From contig NC_087437.1 in the NCBI RefSeq assembly GCF_036321535.1, positions 33,792,001 to 33,856,000 on the forward strand: a stretch of 64,000 nt of DNA, in the 5' to 3' direction. Every line of letters starts with the position of its first letter. Positions within the stretch are counted from its first letter, which is position 1. A model generated the notes under the pieces. It was not told the origin of the DNA. It saw only the letters and a program-made list of their open reading frames with translations, and made no database searches. Source of the DNA: Camelus dromedarius. Lineage: Eukaryota. This document shows, one piece after another, positions 63,596-64,000 of this stretch. The position numbers and the translations under genes were made by a program.

Positions 63596-64000
63596 TGTCG
63601 ACTAAAATAAATGCACAGCCTAAAAGTTGAGAGTTATGTTTTATTTGTCGGGAGGACTCAAGCCAGGATGACAGCCTCTCAGATGGCTCTGAGGGACTGC
63701 TCCGAAGAGGTAGGGGAGGAGCTAGGATATATAGGAGCTTGACAACAAAGACCAGGTAGTTGGAACAATAAAAGATTACTTGTTATCTAAAGAAAAACAG
63801 GCATCTCAAGTTAAAGAATTTAGTGCTTTTCTATGTATGGGAGGAAGCAAATATTTGGGCTCATTGAATTCATTCCTTTGACAAGCATCTAGCTATCTAG
63901 GGTTAGTATCCTGTCCTTTCTCATTCTGAGTCCCCTCAGGGTGCACCTCTGTGAGTGGATGCAGAGTCTGGGTTGCAGGCTTGTCTTACCTGGGGGGTGG
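63596..64000 (-). mobile_element. ERV1-class LTR (artiodactyl type), runs off the window
   Basis: Begins TGTCGAC on + (the LTR 3' end ...GACA on -). The minus strand has AATAAA (ttttatttg) and TATATA (ggatatatagg) in LTR order. Confidence 0.8.

Overview
Mammalian nuclear DNA, very likely camelid (camel, alpaca or llama). Two tRNA-Ala-derived Vic-1-type SINEs and artiodactyl-type young L1 3' ends are present, and I saw no Alu, Bov-A/BovB, CHR or PRE1 copies. The window looks intergenic or intronic, and roughly half is recognisable interspersed repeat: old and young L1, HAL1, L2, MIR, MaLR/ERVL/ERV1 LTRs, and hAT MITEs (MER3/5/33/53/63). I could not identify any protein-coding gene. The only ORFs with recognisable products are L1 ORF1/ORF2 remnants, plus a possible unidentified last coding exon at 1-195 ending -ESYATEL*. 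I found no support for a novel multi-component biological system. The most unusual items are a 109-bp quasi-palindrome carrying two EBNA1-site-like 18-mers, an L1 with an atypically long flanking duplication, an internally collapsed L1, a MER41-like LTR with a GAS motif, and a MER53 hairpin with an internal tandem expansion. Repeat names come from recalled consensus sequences and boundaries are approximate, so RepeatMasker/Dfam should confirm them.
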